A stretch of DNA of 64,000 nt from contig OZ244716.1 of the NCBI GenBank assembly GCA_965219025.1, positions 1,612,419-1,676,418 of the forward strand. The letters run 5' to 3'. Shown piece by piece: positions 19,246 to 29,870 of the stretch. Position 1 is the first letter of the stretch. Every line of letters begins with the position of its first letter. The DNA comes from Dehalococcoidia bacterium. Lineage in GTDB: Bacteria > Chloroflexota > Dehalococcoidia > Lucifugimonadales > UBA2985. A model generated the notes under the pieces. That model did not search any database. It was not told the origin of the DNA and saw nothing but the letters and a program-made list of their open reading frames with translations. Both the position numbers and the translations under genes were made by a program.

Positions 19246-20063
19246 GCGGCGGAGCCGCGGCCACGCGCCTGTCGCGAAGCGGCCGCACCGCGCTTGAGGT
19301 GGCGCTGGACGTTTCGCGCGAGGCTGGCGAGACGCTGCTGGCCAGACTTCACACCGACAAGGAGGTCTCCTACAAGGGCCGCGCCGACCTGGTGAGCGAC
19401 GTGGACAGGCTGGTGGAGGCTCGCGTCATCGAACGGCTGCGGTCGGAGTTCCCGGAGGACGGCTTCCTGGCCGAGGAGTCGGAGGGCGTGGAGACGTCGT
19501 CGGGCTACACGTGGATCATCGACCCACTGGACGGCACTCGCAACTACATCTTGGGAATACCCTTCTTCTGCACGGTGCTCGCAATGGCCGAGGGCCAGGA
19601 CGTCACGTTGGGCCTCACCTTCGACCCGGTGCGCGGCGAGATGTTCCGGGCCGTGCGCGGGGGCGGCGCATTCCTCAACGACAGCCCCATCGTGGTATCC
19701 GGCAAGACCGAGCTCGAGGAGGCCCTGCTCAGCTACGACCTGGGCTACGTCGACGAGAAGGCGTCCACGGCCATCGAGATGGTGCTTCACCTGTGGCCAA
19801 ACATACAGGCCACGCGCATCATGGGATCGGCGGCGCTGGGGCTTGCCTACGCAGCCTGCGGCAGGACGGACATGTACTTCCATCACCACCTCTCGCCGTG
19901 GGACCTGGCAGCGGCCCTGGTCCTGGTGCCCGAAGCGGGCGGCGTCGTCACCGACAAGTACGAGAACCCCGGCTCGCTCTGCTCCGAGAGCATTATCGCC
20001 GCGGGAAGAGACCTGCACGCGAAGTTCCTTCGTGCCACCGAGGGTCTCGCGTGGAGGCGGTAA
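19242..20063 (+). CDS. inositol monophosphatase family protein
   Basis: WIIDPLDGTRNY and LAEES motifs. The start is trimmed to the GTG at 19242, which overlaps the trpS stop (GTGA). The upstream part of the 369-aa ORF lies inside trpS. Confidence 0.85.
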   Translation: MSGGAAATRLSRSGRTALEVALDVSREAGETLLARLHTDKEVSYKGRADLVSDVDRLVEARVIERLRSEFPEDGFLAEESEGVETSSGYTWIIDPLDGTRNYILGIPFFCTVLAMAEGQDVTLGLTFDPVRGEMFRAVRGGGAFLNDSPIVVSGKTELEEALLSYDLGYVDEKASTAIEMVLHLWPNIQATRIMGSAALGLAYAACGRTDMYFHHHLSPWDLAAALVLVPEAGGVVTDKYENPGSLCSESIIAAGRDLHAKFLRATEGLAWRR

Positions 20064-20185
20064 GCCCTCGGCGTACTTCCTTACGACCGCTTCTCTGAGT
20101 GCCGCGCCGGACGCTGAGGATGACACCGGCCCGACCTGGTGGTACACTCAATGGCGTCCACTTCTTACCCGCACGGAGGTGCAAA

Positions 20186-20596
20186 GTGCCCAAACTCATT
20201 CCCGTCCCCGACGAGCTCAGCAAACCCTTCTGGGACGCTGTTAACGAAAACAGGCTGATCGTCCAGCATTGCATCGGCTGCAATACGTTGCAGTATCCAC
20301 CTCGGCCGGCATGCCAGGACTGCGGCTCCGGCGAGCTGGAGTGGAGGAATACGAGCGGGCGCGGCCACATCATGGCGAACATGGTTGTGGCGGACGGCAG
20401 GCTTGGGAGGACCAGGCCGGATCAGCCGTTCAACCTCGCTGTCATCTCGCTGGACGATGACCCCACGATCAACTTCTTCTCCAACCTGCCCGGCGTGCCC
20501 GCCTACCAGGTGCCAATCGGCGCCGCCGTTGAGGTTACGTTCGAGGAGGTTGAGCCGGGCCAGCTCATCCACGAGTGGCGGTTGGTAGAAGAGTAG
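20186..20596 (+). CDS. Zn-ribbon/OB-fold protein (DUF35 family)
   Basis: CIGC...C.DC zinc ribbon followed by an OB-like region. The GTG start has GGAGG 7 nt upstream. This is the usual partner of SCP-x-type thiolases. Confidence 0.8.
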   Translation: MPKLIPVPDELSKPFWDAVNENRLIVQHCIGCNTLQYPPRPACQDCGSGELEWRNTSGRGHIMANMVVADGRLGRTRPDQPFNLAVISLDDDPTINFFSNLPGVPAYQVPIGAAVEVTFEEVEPGQLIHEWRLVEE

Positions 20597-20638
20597 GCGA
20601 GCCATCGCAGCACGAAATCCGCGCTTGGAGATGTAACC

Positions 20639-22000
20639 ATGACTCAACAGAATACTGGAGGCGCCGACTGGCGGCGAAACAGGTCGGGGCTGGGCGTCTG
20701 GCCCCACCAGGGTAAGGTGGCAATTGCGGGCTGGAGCCAGTCTCCCGTGGACCGCCGGTGGGACGGCGTGAACATGGACAGGACACTGGGAGCGTACGCC
20801 ATCCTGGCCGTAAAGCGAGCTCTCGAGGACGCGGGAATCAAGCCGGAGGATGTCGACGGCCTGCTCTGCTGTCCCGAGAACATGGCCGGCAACCCTGGCC
20901 CCGCCGGCTCGTGGGGGCCGTACCGGCCCTACTTCCCGCCTCCATACGACTCCGAGGACGGGCTGACCGTGGTCAGCAACAACTGGCTGCGAGGCCAGAT
21001 GCCGGAGCTGACCAACATCCAGTACGCGCCCGACCACGTGCCCGCCATCGGAGATGGCATGGGGTTTGCCGCTCAGGCCTGCGCCGACGGGATGTACAAG
21101 GTGGGCGTGTATGTATATACAGCCAACAACCTGGAGGGGAGATACCGCCAGGGCGGCGAATTCGACAATGCCCATGTCAGCGGAAACCGCCAGTGGGCAC
21201 AGCCTTGGGGCGACTACCAGGGCCTGATGACCTCGACCAACGTGCCGATCCAGCAATACTGCGAAAGGTATGGGGTAACCTGGGACGAGCTCCTGAGCCA
21301 CTTCGTGATCAACCAGCACCGCAACGGTCTGCTGAAGAACCCGGACGAAAACGAGGGGTGGAGCTACTACTACCAGTACGGCCCGTCCCAGCTGACCACC
21401 GAGGACTACGTCAACTCAAGGCACATCTACTACCCTCTCAAGATCTGGGACTGCGATCGCCCGGTCAACTCTGTGGGGGCCTTCGTGTTTGCCACGGCGG
21501 AGCGTGCGATGGACATGAGGCAGAAGCCGGTCTACGTGGCCAACCACAGCCAGGGCAGCGGTGGAAGAGCCCGGAGCAGCCAGGAGACCCTGGACGATAC
21601 GGAGAAGGCCAAGGAGTGGGTGGCTAGCCTGGTATACGAGGGGTCGGGCTGGTCGCCGAGTGACGTGGACATCTTCAACCCGTACGACGGGTTCTCCACC
21701 TTCATGCCTACCTCGCTGGAGGCATTCCAGTGGCACGGCGTGCAGAAGGGAGACGCGGCCGACTTCCTGAGGGGCGACATCAGGGTGGAAGGCCCGCATC
21801 CGTTCTGCTCCGGCGGCGGCAACCTGGGCAACGGGCGCACCCGCACCGCCATGTACATTGACAGCATCCAGCAGCTCAGGGGCACGGCCGGACCCAGGCA
21901 GGTGAGCATCAAGGGCGGCCGGCCTCAGACTGCGATCTGCGCGTTTGCTCCCGGCAACAGCGCCGCCTACCTCTGCCTCACCAACGAGCCCTCGGGATAA
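20639..22000 (+). CDS. thiolase-like (SCP-x/lipid-transfer type) protein
   Basis: 453 aa with a thiolase-fold N-terminus (AILAVKRALEDAGIKPEDVDGLLC). It is paired with a DUF35 gene immediately upstream. Confidence 0.75.
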   Translation: MTQQNTGGADWRRNRSGLGVWPHQGKVAIAGWSQSPVDRRWDGVNMDRTLGAYAILAVKRALEDAGIKPEDVDGLLCCPENMAGNPGPAGSWGPYRPYFPPPYDSEDGLTVVSNNWLRGQMPELTNIQYAPDHVPAIGDGMGFAAQACADGMYKVGVYVYTANNLEGRYRQGGEFDNAHVSGNRQWAQPWGDYQGLMTSTNVPIQQYCERYGVTWDELLSHFVINQHRNGLLKNPDENEGWSYYYQYGPSQLTTEDYVNSRHIYYPLKIWDCDRPVNSVGAFVFATAERAMDMRQKPVYVANHSQGSGGRARSSQETLDDTEKAKEWVASLVYEGSGWSPSDVDIFNPYDGFSTFMPTSLEAFQWHGVQKGDAADFLRGDIRVEGPHPFCSGGGNLGNGRTRTAMYIDSIQQLRGTAGPRQVSIKGGRPQTAICAFAPGNSAAYLCLTNEPSG

Positions 22001-22008
22001 GCGCGGAA

Positions 22009-22812
22009 GTGCCCTACGCCGAGTCGAACGGCCTGAGCCTCTTCTACCGCGTGGGCGGGCCGGAGGATGCTCCTCCTGTGCTGCTCATCACCGGCCTGAG
22101 CGGCGACCACCGACTGTGGGGCGAGCTGGGTTCCGCGCTCGCAGCATCCTTCCGCGTGATTGCGTTCGACAACCGCGACAGCGGCCAGAGCAGCCGCGCC
22201 GACGCGCCGTACGCCATTCTGGACATGGCGCGCGACGCCGCGGGCCTGCTGGAGTCGCTGGGAGTGACCCGCGCACACGTGGTGGGACACTCGATGGGCG
22301 GCGCCATTGCGCAGGAACTGGCCATCTCGTTCCCGTCCGTCGTTGACCGGCTGGCGCTGCTGGGCACATACGACGCGCCCGACCCCCGCGGCTCAGCCCT
22401 GCTCAGCGGGTTCGCGTCCCTCAGGCGCGAGCTGCCCAGGGACGAGTACCTGCGCCTAACGCTGCCGTGGTCCTACACGTACCAGGAGTACGAGCAGCCC
22501 GGCTTCATCGACCGGCTGGTGCAGGACGTGATGGACGACCCGCTCTACCAGGAGGCGGACGCCTACGACCGGCAGATGGAGGCCACCATTGCGTTCGACT
22601 CGCGGGAACGGGTGCACAACATCTCGTGCCCGACGATTCTCGTGTTCGGAGAGGACGACGTGCTTACGCCCATGCGCTTTGCACACGAGATGGTGCAGGG
22701 CATCAGTGGGTCGCGGCTGGTGACGCTCGAGGGAACGGGCCACGGCTTCATCCGCACAAGAGGCCGGGAGATTGCAGACGCGGTGCACGGCTTCCTGCGT
22801 GAGGGTGGCTAG
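22009..22812 (+). CDS. alpha/beta hydrolase
   Basis: 267 aa with a GHSMGG nucleophile elbow and a late GHGF His. Confidence 0.85.
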   Translation: MPYAESNGLSLFYRVGGPEDAPPVLLITGLSGDHRLWGELGSALAASFRVIAFDNRDSGQSSRADAPYAILDMARDAAGLLESLGVTRAHVVGHSMGGAIAQELAISFPSVVDRLALLGTYDAPDPRGSALLSGFASLRRELPRDEYLRLTLPWSYTYQEYEQPGFIDRLVQDVMDDPLYQEADAYDRQMEATIAFDSRERVHNISCPTILVFGEDDVLTPMRFAHEMVQGISGSRLVTLEGTGHGFIRTRGREIADAVHGFLREGG

Positions 22813-22925
22813 CCCGCTCACGCTCTTCGACAAGCTCAGGGTGAGCGTGCCGAATGGTGAGCGGGAGACCGACAGGTAGGTTCATCTGCTCATGGTTCGA
22901 CAGGCTCACCACGAGCGGGCCGAGT
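22811..22925. repeat. GC-rich intergenic repeat element (copy 3, two units)
   Basis: cccgctcacgctcttcgacaagctcagggtgagcg and ggtaggttcatctgctcatggttcgacaggctcaccacgagcggg are present. The second unit closely parallels 58761-58800. Confidence 0.55.
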
Positions 22926-22932
22926 GCCCCGC

Positions 22933-23622
22933 CTACGTGTTCTCTAGGAGCCAGCTCTTGAGCACGGGGTGAAGCTCGTCGCGGCACTCGCGCAGGTTGT
23001 GGCCCGCGCCTGGATAGAGAATCAGTCGCTTCGGCTCACGCGCCCACTCGTTGATGAGGATGGAGCAGCGCGCGCTCAGGCGGTCGTCGTCCTCGCCGTG
23101 CACGAGCAGCAGAGGCCTTGGGCTGACCAGGTGCGCGTACCTCGCGCCGTGCGTCTGGCTCGCCAGTCCCGCGACCGACCACACGGCGTCGCTGAGCGGC
23201 GCGGCGGCGATGACCACGGCTCCGCCGAACGAGTGACCCACGAGCGCAACGCGTTCGCAGCCCTGTGACCGCAGGAAGTCAACGCCGGCCAGCACGTCCA
23301 TGATGGAGTGGTGGAGGACGTTGGGATGCCGGTAGTCCAGGCGCAGCGAGGATATGCCGTCCGCGATCAACTCGTCGGAGAGGATGGAGTAGAGGCCGCC
23401 TCCGCCGCTGAACCCGCCGTACGCGCCGGAAACCCAGACCACTCCTCGTTCGGCTGACGGGGACTCATGGTATAGACACCGGATGGGGCCGAGGTTGGTC
23501 AGGACTTCGATGCCGGTCCCGCCCCGTTCATCTTGGGGCTGCCATGGGCGGGAGCCCTCGTATCGGATGTCTACGGGCGCTTGCCCGAGGACAAGGCTCT
23601 CCCAAGCCCTGTCAAAGACCAC
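22933..23622 (-). CDS. alpha/beta hydrolase (dienelactone-hydrolase-like)
   Basis: 229 aa with a GHSFGG elbow and C-terminal HGEDD and GAGH blocks. Confidence 0.7.
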   Translation of the reverse strand: MVFDRAWESLVLGQAPVDIRYEGSRPWQPQDERGGTGIEVLTNLGPIRCLYHESPSAERGVVWVSGAYGGFSGGGGLYSILSDELIADGISSLRLDYRHPNVLHHSIMDVLAGVDFLRSQGCERVALVGHSFGGAVVIAAAPLSDAVWSVAGLASQTHGARYAHLVSPRPLLLVHGEDDDRLSARCSILINEWAREPKRLILYPGAGHNLRECRDELHPVLKSWLLENT

Positions 23623-24817
23623 GCTTCACTTTCCCAACGAAGCGCCCGATGCGGTCCAGCGCCTCTTCGATCTCCTCCGTGGCCACGGCATAGCAGCAGC
23701 GCACGTGTCCCTCGCCGCTGGGGCCGAACGCCGAGCCCGGCACGAGCGCTACGTGCTCCTCCATCAGCAGCCGCTCAGCGAACTCCACAGACGTCATGTC
23801 CAGGCTCTTGATGGAGGGGAAGGTGTAGAATGCGCCCTGCGGCTCAAGGCAGGCGAGACCCATGCGGTTCAGCCCGCTCAGCATCAGGTGGCGTCGGCGG
23901 TTGTACTCCTCGCGCGCTTCCTCCACGGAGCCGTCGCCGGAGCGCAGCGCCTCTATGGCTGCCATCTGGCCCTGTATGGGCGCGCACATCATTGTATACT
24001 GGTGCACCTTCATCATGGCCTCGATGATCTCCGGGTGGCTGCACGCGTAGCCCACGCGCCAGCCCGTCATTGCGTACGACTTCGAGAAGCCGCTCAGGTG
24101 CACCGTGCGCTCCGCCATGCCCGGCAGAGAGGCGAAGCAGGTGTGCTCTGTGCCGTACACCAGCCGTTCGTAGATCTCGTCCGAGACCACGAACAGGTCG
24201 TGCCTCTTTGCGATGTCTGCGATGTCTTCGAGCTCCCTGCGTGGCATCACGGCGCCCGTGGGGTTGTTCGGGTAGCCCATGAGTATGGCCTTGGTCCGGG
24301 GCGTCACCCGGTCCTCGATGTCCTGCGGACGGACGCGGAATCCGTTCTCCATGTGCGTGGGCACCGTCACGGCCACGCCGCCCGCCAGGGTGACGCAGGG
24401 CACGTAGGAGACGTAGGTCGGCTCGGGGACGATGACCTCGTCGCCGGGGTCGAGCAGGGAGCGCATGGACAGGTCGAGCGCCTGGCTCACGCCCACCGTC
24501 ACCAGCACCTGGTTCGCGGGGTTGTACTCCAGTCCGGCGCGCCGGCTCATGTATCCGCTGATCTCCTGGCGAAGCTCCATCAGTCCGAAGTTGGAGGTGT
24601 ACATCGTGTACCCCTTCTCGATGGAGTATATGGCCGCCTCGCGGATGCGCCACGGGGTGACGAAGTCCGGCTCGCCCACGCCCAGCGAGATCACGTCGTC
24701 CATGGTGTACAGGAGCTCGAAGAATTTCCGGATGCCGGAAGGTGAGAGCGCCTTCACGCGCTGCGAAATGTGTGGTGAGCCTGTGGTGGTCTGAGATTCG
24801 TTCTGCAAGGGTTTCAC
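23612..24817 (-). CDS. pyridoxal-phosphate-dependent aminotransferase, class I/II
   Basis: 401 aa with an SGFSKSYAMTGWRVGY PLP-lysine block and a NPTG motif. It follows an Lrp/AsnC regulator gene, an arrangement common for AlaT/AspC-like genes. Confidence 0.9.
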   Translation of the reverse strand: MKPLQNESQTTTGSPHISQRVKALSPSGIRKFFELLYTMDDVISLGVGEPDFVTPWRIREAAIYSIEKGYTMYTSNFGLMELRQEISGYMSRRAGLEYNPANQVLVTVGVSQALDLSMRSLLDPGDEVIVPEPTYVSYVPCVTLAGGVAVTVPTHMENGFRVRPQDIEDRVTPRTKAILMGYPNNPTGAVMPRRELEDIADIAKRHDLFVVSDEIYERLVYGTEHTCFASLPGMAERTVHLSGFSKSYAMTGWRVGYACSHPEIIEAMMKVHQYTMMCAPIQGQMAAIEALRSGDGSVEEAREEYNRRRHLMLSGLNRMGLACLEPQGAFYTFPSIKSLDMTSVEFAERLLMEEHVALVPGSAFGPSGEGHVRCCYAVATEEIEEALDRIGRFVGKVKRGL

Positions 24818-25330
24818 CTACGGGGTCATGGGTAGACGCCTGGCCGTTTCTTCACCGTCCAGGACCACGCCGTCCTCCTTGAAGCGCTTGAGAAGGAAGT
24901 GGGTTGTGGTGCCATGCACCTCCTCCAGCGCAGCAAGCTTCATGGCGACAAAGCTGGCTATGTCCTGCATGGTGCGGCCGGCGAGGAGCACTGACAGGTC
25001 GTAGTCACCGGACATGAGGTGCAGCGACCGCACCTCCGGGAATCGGGCTATGCGCCTGGCAACGCCGTCGAAGCCCACGTCGCGCTGAGGCGTCACGCGC
25101 AGCTCCACGAGCGCGAGCACCTCCTGCTCGCCCACGCGGTCCCAGTTGACCACGGCCTTGTACTTGACGATCGCGCGGTCGCGCTCCGCCTGGGCGATGA
25201 CCTCACGCACCTCTTGCTGAGAGCGCCCCGTCATCTCCGAGATCTCCTCAGGAGTGGCCATGGCGTTCTGCTCAAGGATGGTGAGTATGCTCTTGGTCTC
25301 TTCAGTCGTCACTTGCTTCCGCCTCTGCAA
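24818..25330 (-). CDS. Lrp/AsnC family transcriptional regulator
   Basis: 170 aa with an N-terminal HTH (ILTILEQNAMATPEEISEMTGRSQQEV) and an AsnC-type ligand domain. The start is uncertain (TTG at 25330 or GTG at 25312). Confidence 0.85.
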   Translation of the reverse strand: MQRRKQVTTEETKSILTILEQNAMATPEEISEMTGRSQQEVREVIAQAERDRAIVKYKAVVNWDRVGEQEVLALVELRVTPQRDVGFDGVARRIARFPEVRSLHLMSGDYDLSVLLAGRTMQDIASFVAMKLAALEEVHGTTTHFLLKRFKEDGVVLDGEETARRLPMTP

Positions 25331-26330
25331 TAATCAGCAACTCGTGGGAACGCTTCACGTTTGTGATTGTGCCGCGATCCACGCGGTTCTTGCCAATCCT
25401 CGTCTCTCCCTGTCCCAGCGTGTACTGCCACTCCACCTCGAACACCCGGCAGTCCGAGTACATCTGCCGGACGGCGGAGCAGTCATTATAGGATAGCACA
25501 AATCCGCCCCGGTGCTCAGCAAGCAGGTCTCGCAGAAGCCCGTGGTCGAAGCCCCTGTGATGGACGGGGAAGTTTCGCTGCGGGTAGATCCCGCGGAACA
25601 TCCTGCTGTCGCCGTCCAGGTAGTAGGGCGGGTCGCAGTAGAGGAAGTCGTCGCGATGGCGCGGCAGCACGTCCGCGAAGTCGCCCTGTGCCACGCTCAT
25701 TCCGGGGCACCGGAAGGTCCGCACCTTGTCCAGCAGCCGTTCGTACCGTGCCGGCTCCTCGTAGATGCGGGACATCCAGCCGAGGAAGCCGGGGCCGTAG
25801 CTCAGGTTGTGGTTGAACCAGTAGTGCGCCGCAAGCTCCAGCGGGTCCTCGATGGGCTCCGTGCGGTCCCAGTGTGCCTTCAGTCGCTGTTTCACCGAGG
25901 CGTAGGTCTCCTTGGTCGGCTGCCAGCGGCCGATGCGCTCGGCAAGCTCCTCGGGCGCGTCCAGTTGCACCTGCCAGTAGCCCGTGAGAATGTCGAACAC
26001 GTCGTAGGCGGTCACCTCCATGCCCAGCTCGTTCGCGCAGGCGATCTCCACCGACGCGCCTCCCACGAAGGGCGACACCAGCCGGGTCAGGCCCGCGGGC
26101 AGCTGCTCGATGACGTGGCCCACCGCCAGGCTCTTGCCGCCGCCGTATCTCAAGGGCAGGCCGCCGTACCGGCCGTAACGATACGTACTCTTGCCCTTCA
26201 GGCGCGCCAGCAGCCTCTCGCGCGGCGACTCCTCGGGGCAGGACTCGTCGTGCGGGTCGCGCGCAGGATGCGAGACGCCGTCGCGCGCGTCGCGCGTTGC
26301 CGTCACAGGTCCGGCCTCATCGTGTGCCAC
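25302..26330 (-). CDS. DNA adenine methyltransferase, D12 class (Dam-like), orphan
   Basis: 342 aa with GGGKS..., [10 protein letters not shown] (FxGxG-type AdoMet site) and CDPPYY catalytic motifs in alpha-group order. The ORF overlaps the gatA 3' end and the lrp 5' end. GC is host-like (about 68% on a sampled line). Confidence 0.8.
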   Translation of the reverse strand: MAHDEAGPVTATRDARDGVSHPARDPHDESCPEESPRERLLARLKGKSTYRYGRYGGLPLRYGGGKSLAVGHVIEQLPAGLTRLVSPFVGGASVEIACANELGMEVTAYDVFDILTGYWQVQLDAPEELAERIGRWQPTKETYASVKQRLKAHWDRTEPIEDPLELAAHYWFNHNLSYGPGFLGWMSRIYEEPARYERLLDKVRTFRCPGMSVAQGDFADVLPRHRDDFLYCDPPYYLDGDSRMFRGIYPQRNFPVHHRGFDHGLLRDLLAEHRGGFVLSYNDCSAVRQMYSDCRVFEVEWQYTLGQGETRIGKNRVDRGTITNVKRSHELLIIAEAEASDD

Positions 26331-27763
26331 TCCGTCGCCTGCTCGTAGGCGTGGGCCGTGCGCAGGATCGTCTCCTCGCCCAGCGGGCGGCCGATGATCT
26401 GCATGCCCACCGGCAGGCCGTCCACGAATCCCGCGGGCAGCGACATCGCCGGCACGCCCGCGATGTTGATCGGTATGGTGCAGACGTCGCTGAGGTACAT
26501 CTGCACGGGGTCCTCAACCTTGTCGCCCAGCTTGAACGCAACCGTGGGCGAGGTGGGCGTTACCAGCACGTCGTATCGCTGGAATGCGTCGCGAAACTCG
26601 CGGCCTATCAGCGTCCGCACCTTCTGCGCCTTGAGGTAGTAGGCGTCGTAGTAGCCCGCCGAGAGTGCGTAGGTGCCGAGCATGATTCGCCGCTTGACCT
26701 CCGGCCCAAAGCCGCGCTGCTTGGTGGTCTCCATGGCCTCCCACATGCCGCCCGCGTCCTGCGCCGAGTAGCCGTACTTCACGCCGTCGTAGCGGGCCAG
26801 GTTTGCCGACGCCTCCGACGGCGCCAGGATGTAGTAGACCGCCAGCGCGTAGGCGGTGTGCGGCAGCGACGTCTCCTCCACGACTGCGCCCAGGCTCTCC
26901 AGCTTGGCCAGCGCGGCGCGCAGGGTGTCCGCTACCGCGGGATCGATGCCCTCCGCGTAGTACTCGCGCGGCACGCCAACCCGCAGGCCGCGCACGTCGC
27001 CGGTGAGGGCCGCGGTGTAGTCGGGCGGCTCCATCGGGATCGACGTGGAGTCGCGGGGGTCGCCGCCGGCTATCGCGCTGAGCACGATGGCGCTGTCGGT
27101 CACGTCCTTCGTCAGTGGGCCGATCTGGTCGAGCGAGCTTGCGAAGGCCACCAGGCCGTAGCGGCTGACCAGCCCGTACGTCGGCTTCATGCCGACGATG
27201 CCGCACAGCGACGCGGGCTGCCGGATGCTGCCGCCCGTGTCCGAGCCGAGGGAGTAGACGCTCTCGCCGGCGGCGACCGCCGCGGCCGGCCCGCCGCTGC
27301 TGCCCCCGGGAACGCGCCCGGTGTCCCACGGGTTGCGAGTGGGGAAGAAGGCCGAGTTCTCGGTGGAGGAGCCCATCGCGAACTCGTCCATGTTGCCCTT
27401 GCCGACCATCACCGCCAGCCGGTCGCGCAGCCGCTCGACGACCGTCGCATCGTAGGGCGGCACGAAGCGCTCCAGCATCCGCGACGAGCAGGTGGTGGCG
27501 ATGCCGCGGGTGCACATGTTGTCCTTGATCTGCATCGGGATGCCGGCCAGTGGGCCAGCCTCGCCGCGTGCGATGGCGGCGTCGGCCAGGTCGGCTTGCT
27601 GCAGCGCCTCTTCCGCGGTCACGCAGACGAATGCGCCCACGCGCGAGTCAAGCTCGCCTATGCGGTCCAGGTGGGCTTGCGTGAGCTCTCGGGCGGAAAC
27701 CTCACGGCGGTCTAGGAGGCTGCGCGCCTCGCTGATGGTGAGGTTGTGGAGGGTGGACGGCAT
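26303..27763 (-). CDS. gatA: Asp/Glu-tRNA amidotransferase subunit A
   Basis: 486 aa with the amidase signature [14 protein letters not shown] and [10 protein letters not shown]. Confidence 0.95.
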   Translation of the reverse strand: MPSTLHNLTISEARSLLDRREVSARELTQAHLDRIGELDSRVGAFVCVTAEEALQQADLADAAIARGEAGPLAGIPMQIKDNMCTRGIATTCSSRMLERFVPPYDATVVERLRDRLAVMVGKGNMDEFAMGSSTENSAFFPTRNPWDTGRVPGGSSGGPAAAVAAGESVYSLGSDTGGSIRQPASLCGIVGMKPTYGLVSRYGLVAFASSLDQIGPLTKDVTDSAIVLSAIAGGDPRDSTSIPMEPPDYTAALTGDVRGLRVGVPREYYAEGIDPAVADTLRAALAKLESLGAVVEETSLPHTAYALAVYYILAPSEASANLARYDGVKYGYSAQDAGGMWEAMETTKQRGFGPEVKRRIMLGTYALSAGYYDAYYLKAQKVRTLIGREFRDAFQRYDVLVTPTSPTVAFKLGDKVEDPVQMYLSDVCTIPINIAGVPAMSLPAGFVDGLPVGMQIIGRPLGEETILRTAHAYEQATEWHTMRPDL

Positions 27764-28059
27764 CAGTCCAGCACCGCCTTCACGCGGAAGAAGTCGTCCT
27801 CACGCAGGGGGGCGTTGGCCAGCGTGTCCTCAGTAGGCATCGGCGACGAGGCTTCGTCGTCGCGCATCACGTTCTGCAGCTCCACGGAGTGGCCCGTGGG
27901 TGGCACGTCGGTGGTGTCGACCTCCTGGAGCACGCGGAAGTTCGCCAGGATATCGGAGAGCTGGTTGCGGAGGCGTTCGACCTCCTGCTCGTCCAACCCC
28001 ATGCGGTACAGCAGTGCGATGTGTTTGACTTCTTCGGGGGTCAGCCCTGGGGACTCCAT
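27763..28059 (-). CDS. gatC: Asp/Glu-tRNA amidotransferase subunit C
   Basis: 98-aa GatC-like protein ([20 protein letters not shown]...) that overlaps the gatA start. Confidence 0.9.
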   Translation of the reverse strand: MESPGLTPEEVKHIALLYRMGLDEQEVERLRNQLSDILANFRVLQEVDTTDVPPTGHSVELQNVMRDDEASSPMPTEDTLANAPLREDDFFRVKAVLD

Positions 28060-28232
28060 GCGCGCCTCCCGAGGTTAATGGCGCAAGTGTAGCAAAGAGG
28101 GCAAGGCGCTTCAAGGCGGAGGGGGCGGAACACTATGACCGGAAATTGCTCAGGGCTGCCTCTTGGGTCTTGCGCACCAAATCTTATAGGGTGTACAGGT
28201 ATTCGCTGGAACGCTAAACAGGGGTGTCCGGC

Positions 28233-29867
28233 ATGCCGTCACTGGAGTTCAAGGGCAAGTATCACGTCTACGCCCACCACCTCACCGTACCACATCGTCC
28301 ACTGGCTCCCGATCTTGAGCGGTCGGAGAATGGTGTCGGAGTCGATGACAATCTCATCATCCACGGGGATAACCTGCACGCGCTAAAGGCTCTGCTACCC
28401 CGCTACTCAGGCCGGGTCAAGTGTATCTATATAGATCCGCCCTACAACACTGGGAATGAGGGATGGGTCTACAACGACAACGTGAACAGCCCCTTGATGA
28501 AGGAGTGGCTGAAAGCCAACAGCCCTATTGACGGTGAAGACCTGGAGCGGCACGACAAGTGGCTCTGCATGATGTGGCCCCGCCTACAGTTGCTCAAGGA
28601 GTTGCTTGCAGACGACGGAGCGATATTCGTGTCCATCGACGATAACGAGCAGCACCACCTTCGTATGCTAATGGACGAAGTATTCGGGGAAGAGAATTTC
28701 CTTGCGGCTATTTCTTGGGAAAAGCGATTCACGCGGAGCAATAATGCAAGAATGTTCACGTCTGTGGTAGACAAACTGATGGTCTACCGCCGAACGGGCC
28801 TTCTAGACCTTCTTCGCGAGCCGCGAACCGAAAAGTCTGATGCAGGGTATAGTAATCCAGACAGAGATCCTAAAGGGCCATGGATTAGCGTCTCGTATGT
28901 GAATCCAGCCAGTCGCTCCCAGCGCCCCAATCTAGTCTACGGCGTTATAAATCCGTTTACACATGAAGAGATTAGGCATCCTACAAATGCCTGGAAGTAT
29001 GAGCAAGCGGAGTACGATAGGCACACAGTTGAAGGACGGCTCTGGTGGGGAAACAGGGGTCAGCTCAAGTATCCGCGGCTCAAGACCTACTTGTCTGAAG
29101 TGTCTGGAGGTCTAGTACCTATCGATCTCTGGAGGCAAGGTGATACTGGTACTACCGATGAAGGTAGTAGGGAGCTGGAACAGATCCTTGGCAGAGCCGC
29201 GTTTGACAATCCAAAACCAATCAGGCTGGTGCAGAGAATAACTAGACTTGCTGCTGGCACCGATGGCATTGTCTTGGATTCCTTCGCCGGCAGTGGGACA
29301 ACCGCCCACGCCGTGCTCGCGATAAACAAAGAAGATGGCGGCAACCGCAAGTTCATATTGGTGGAGTGTGAAGACTACGCGGATACAGTTACAGCTGAGC
29401 GTGTTCGGAGGGTGATCAAGGGCGTGCCTACGGCGCGAGACAAGTCCTTGCAAGAAGGGCTAGGCGGCTCCTTCACGTACTGCACGTTGGGAGACCCAAT
29501 TGGCGTTGAGGGTATGTTGACCGGGGAATCCCTGCCTGAGTACTCGCAGTTCGCAGCCTACCTGTTGCACACCGCGTCGGGCGCATCGGTCGGCGCGGAG
29601 GCGCTGAAGCGCCAGAACGAGGACGGTTTGTTCTACACCGACGGCGCGACAGACTACTACCTTCTGTATGAGCCGGACGTTGCGTGGCTCACCAGTAATG
29701 AGGGCATGCTGAACGAGGAGCGCGCTCGTCGAATAAGCGACCGGAGCCGGGGAAGTGGCAGGAAGACCGTTATATTCGGTCCCGGCAAGTACATGGGTCA
29801 GCGGGACCTCACGTCAATGGGAATCACGTTCTGCCAGTTGCCCTACGAGATGCACCGCACTGGGTGA
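28233..29867 (+). CDS. mod: Type III restriction-modification DNA methyltransferase (Mod)
   Basis: The DPPYNTGNEGWVYND catalytic motif comes early and FAGSGTTAHA (AdoMet site) comes late, which is beta-group order. An ATG at 28233 and a GTG at 28224 are both possible starts. GC is about 53% on a sampled line. Confidence 0.9.
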   Translation: MPSLEFKGKYHVYAHHLTVPHRPLAPDLERSENGVGVDDNLIIHGDNLHALKALLPRYSGRVKCIYIDPPYNTGNEGWVYNDNVNSPLMKEWLKANSPIDGEDLERHDKWLCMMWPRLQLLKELLADDGAIFVSIDDNEQHHLRMLMDEVFGEENFLAAISWEKRFTRSNNARMFTSVVDKLMVYRRTGLLDLLREPRTEKSDAGYSNPDRDPKGPWISVSYVNPASRSQRPNLVYGVINPFTHEEIRHPTNAWKYEQAEYDRHTVEGRLWWGNRGQLKYPRLKTYLSEVSGGLVPIDLWRQGDTGTTDEGSRELEQILGRAAFDNPKPIRLVQRITRLAAGTDGIVLDSFAGSGTTAHAVLAINKEDGGNRKFILVECEDYADTVTAERVRRVIKGVPTARDKSLQEGLGGSFTYCTLGDPIGVEGMLTGESLPEYSQFAAYLLHTASGASVGAEALKRQNEDGLFYTDGATDYYLLYEPDVAWLTSNEGMLNEERARRISDRSRGSGRKTVIFGPGKYMGQRDLTSMGITFCQLPYEMHRTG

Positions 29868-29870
29868 GCA

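Noticed and set aside
18040-27715. Several long antisense ORFs (18040-18981 minus, 19137-20147 minus, 20165-21319 minus, 23483-24745 plus, 25512-26348 plus, 26297-27715 plus)
   Set aside because: Each lies opposite a confidently identified gene (trpS, IMPase, DUF35/thiolase, aminotransferase, Dam-like methylase, gatA). Each has an Arg/Ala/Gly/His-rich translation without motifs.
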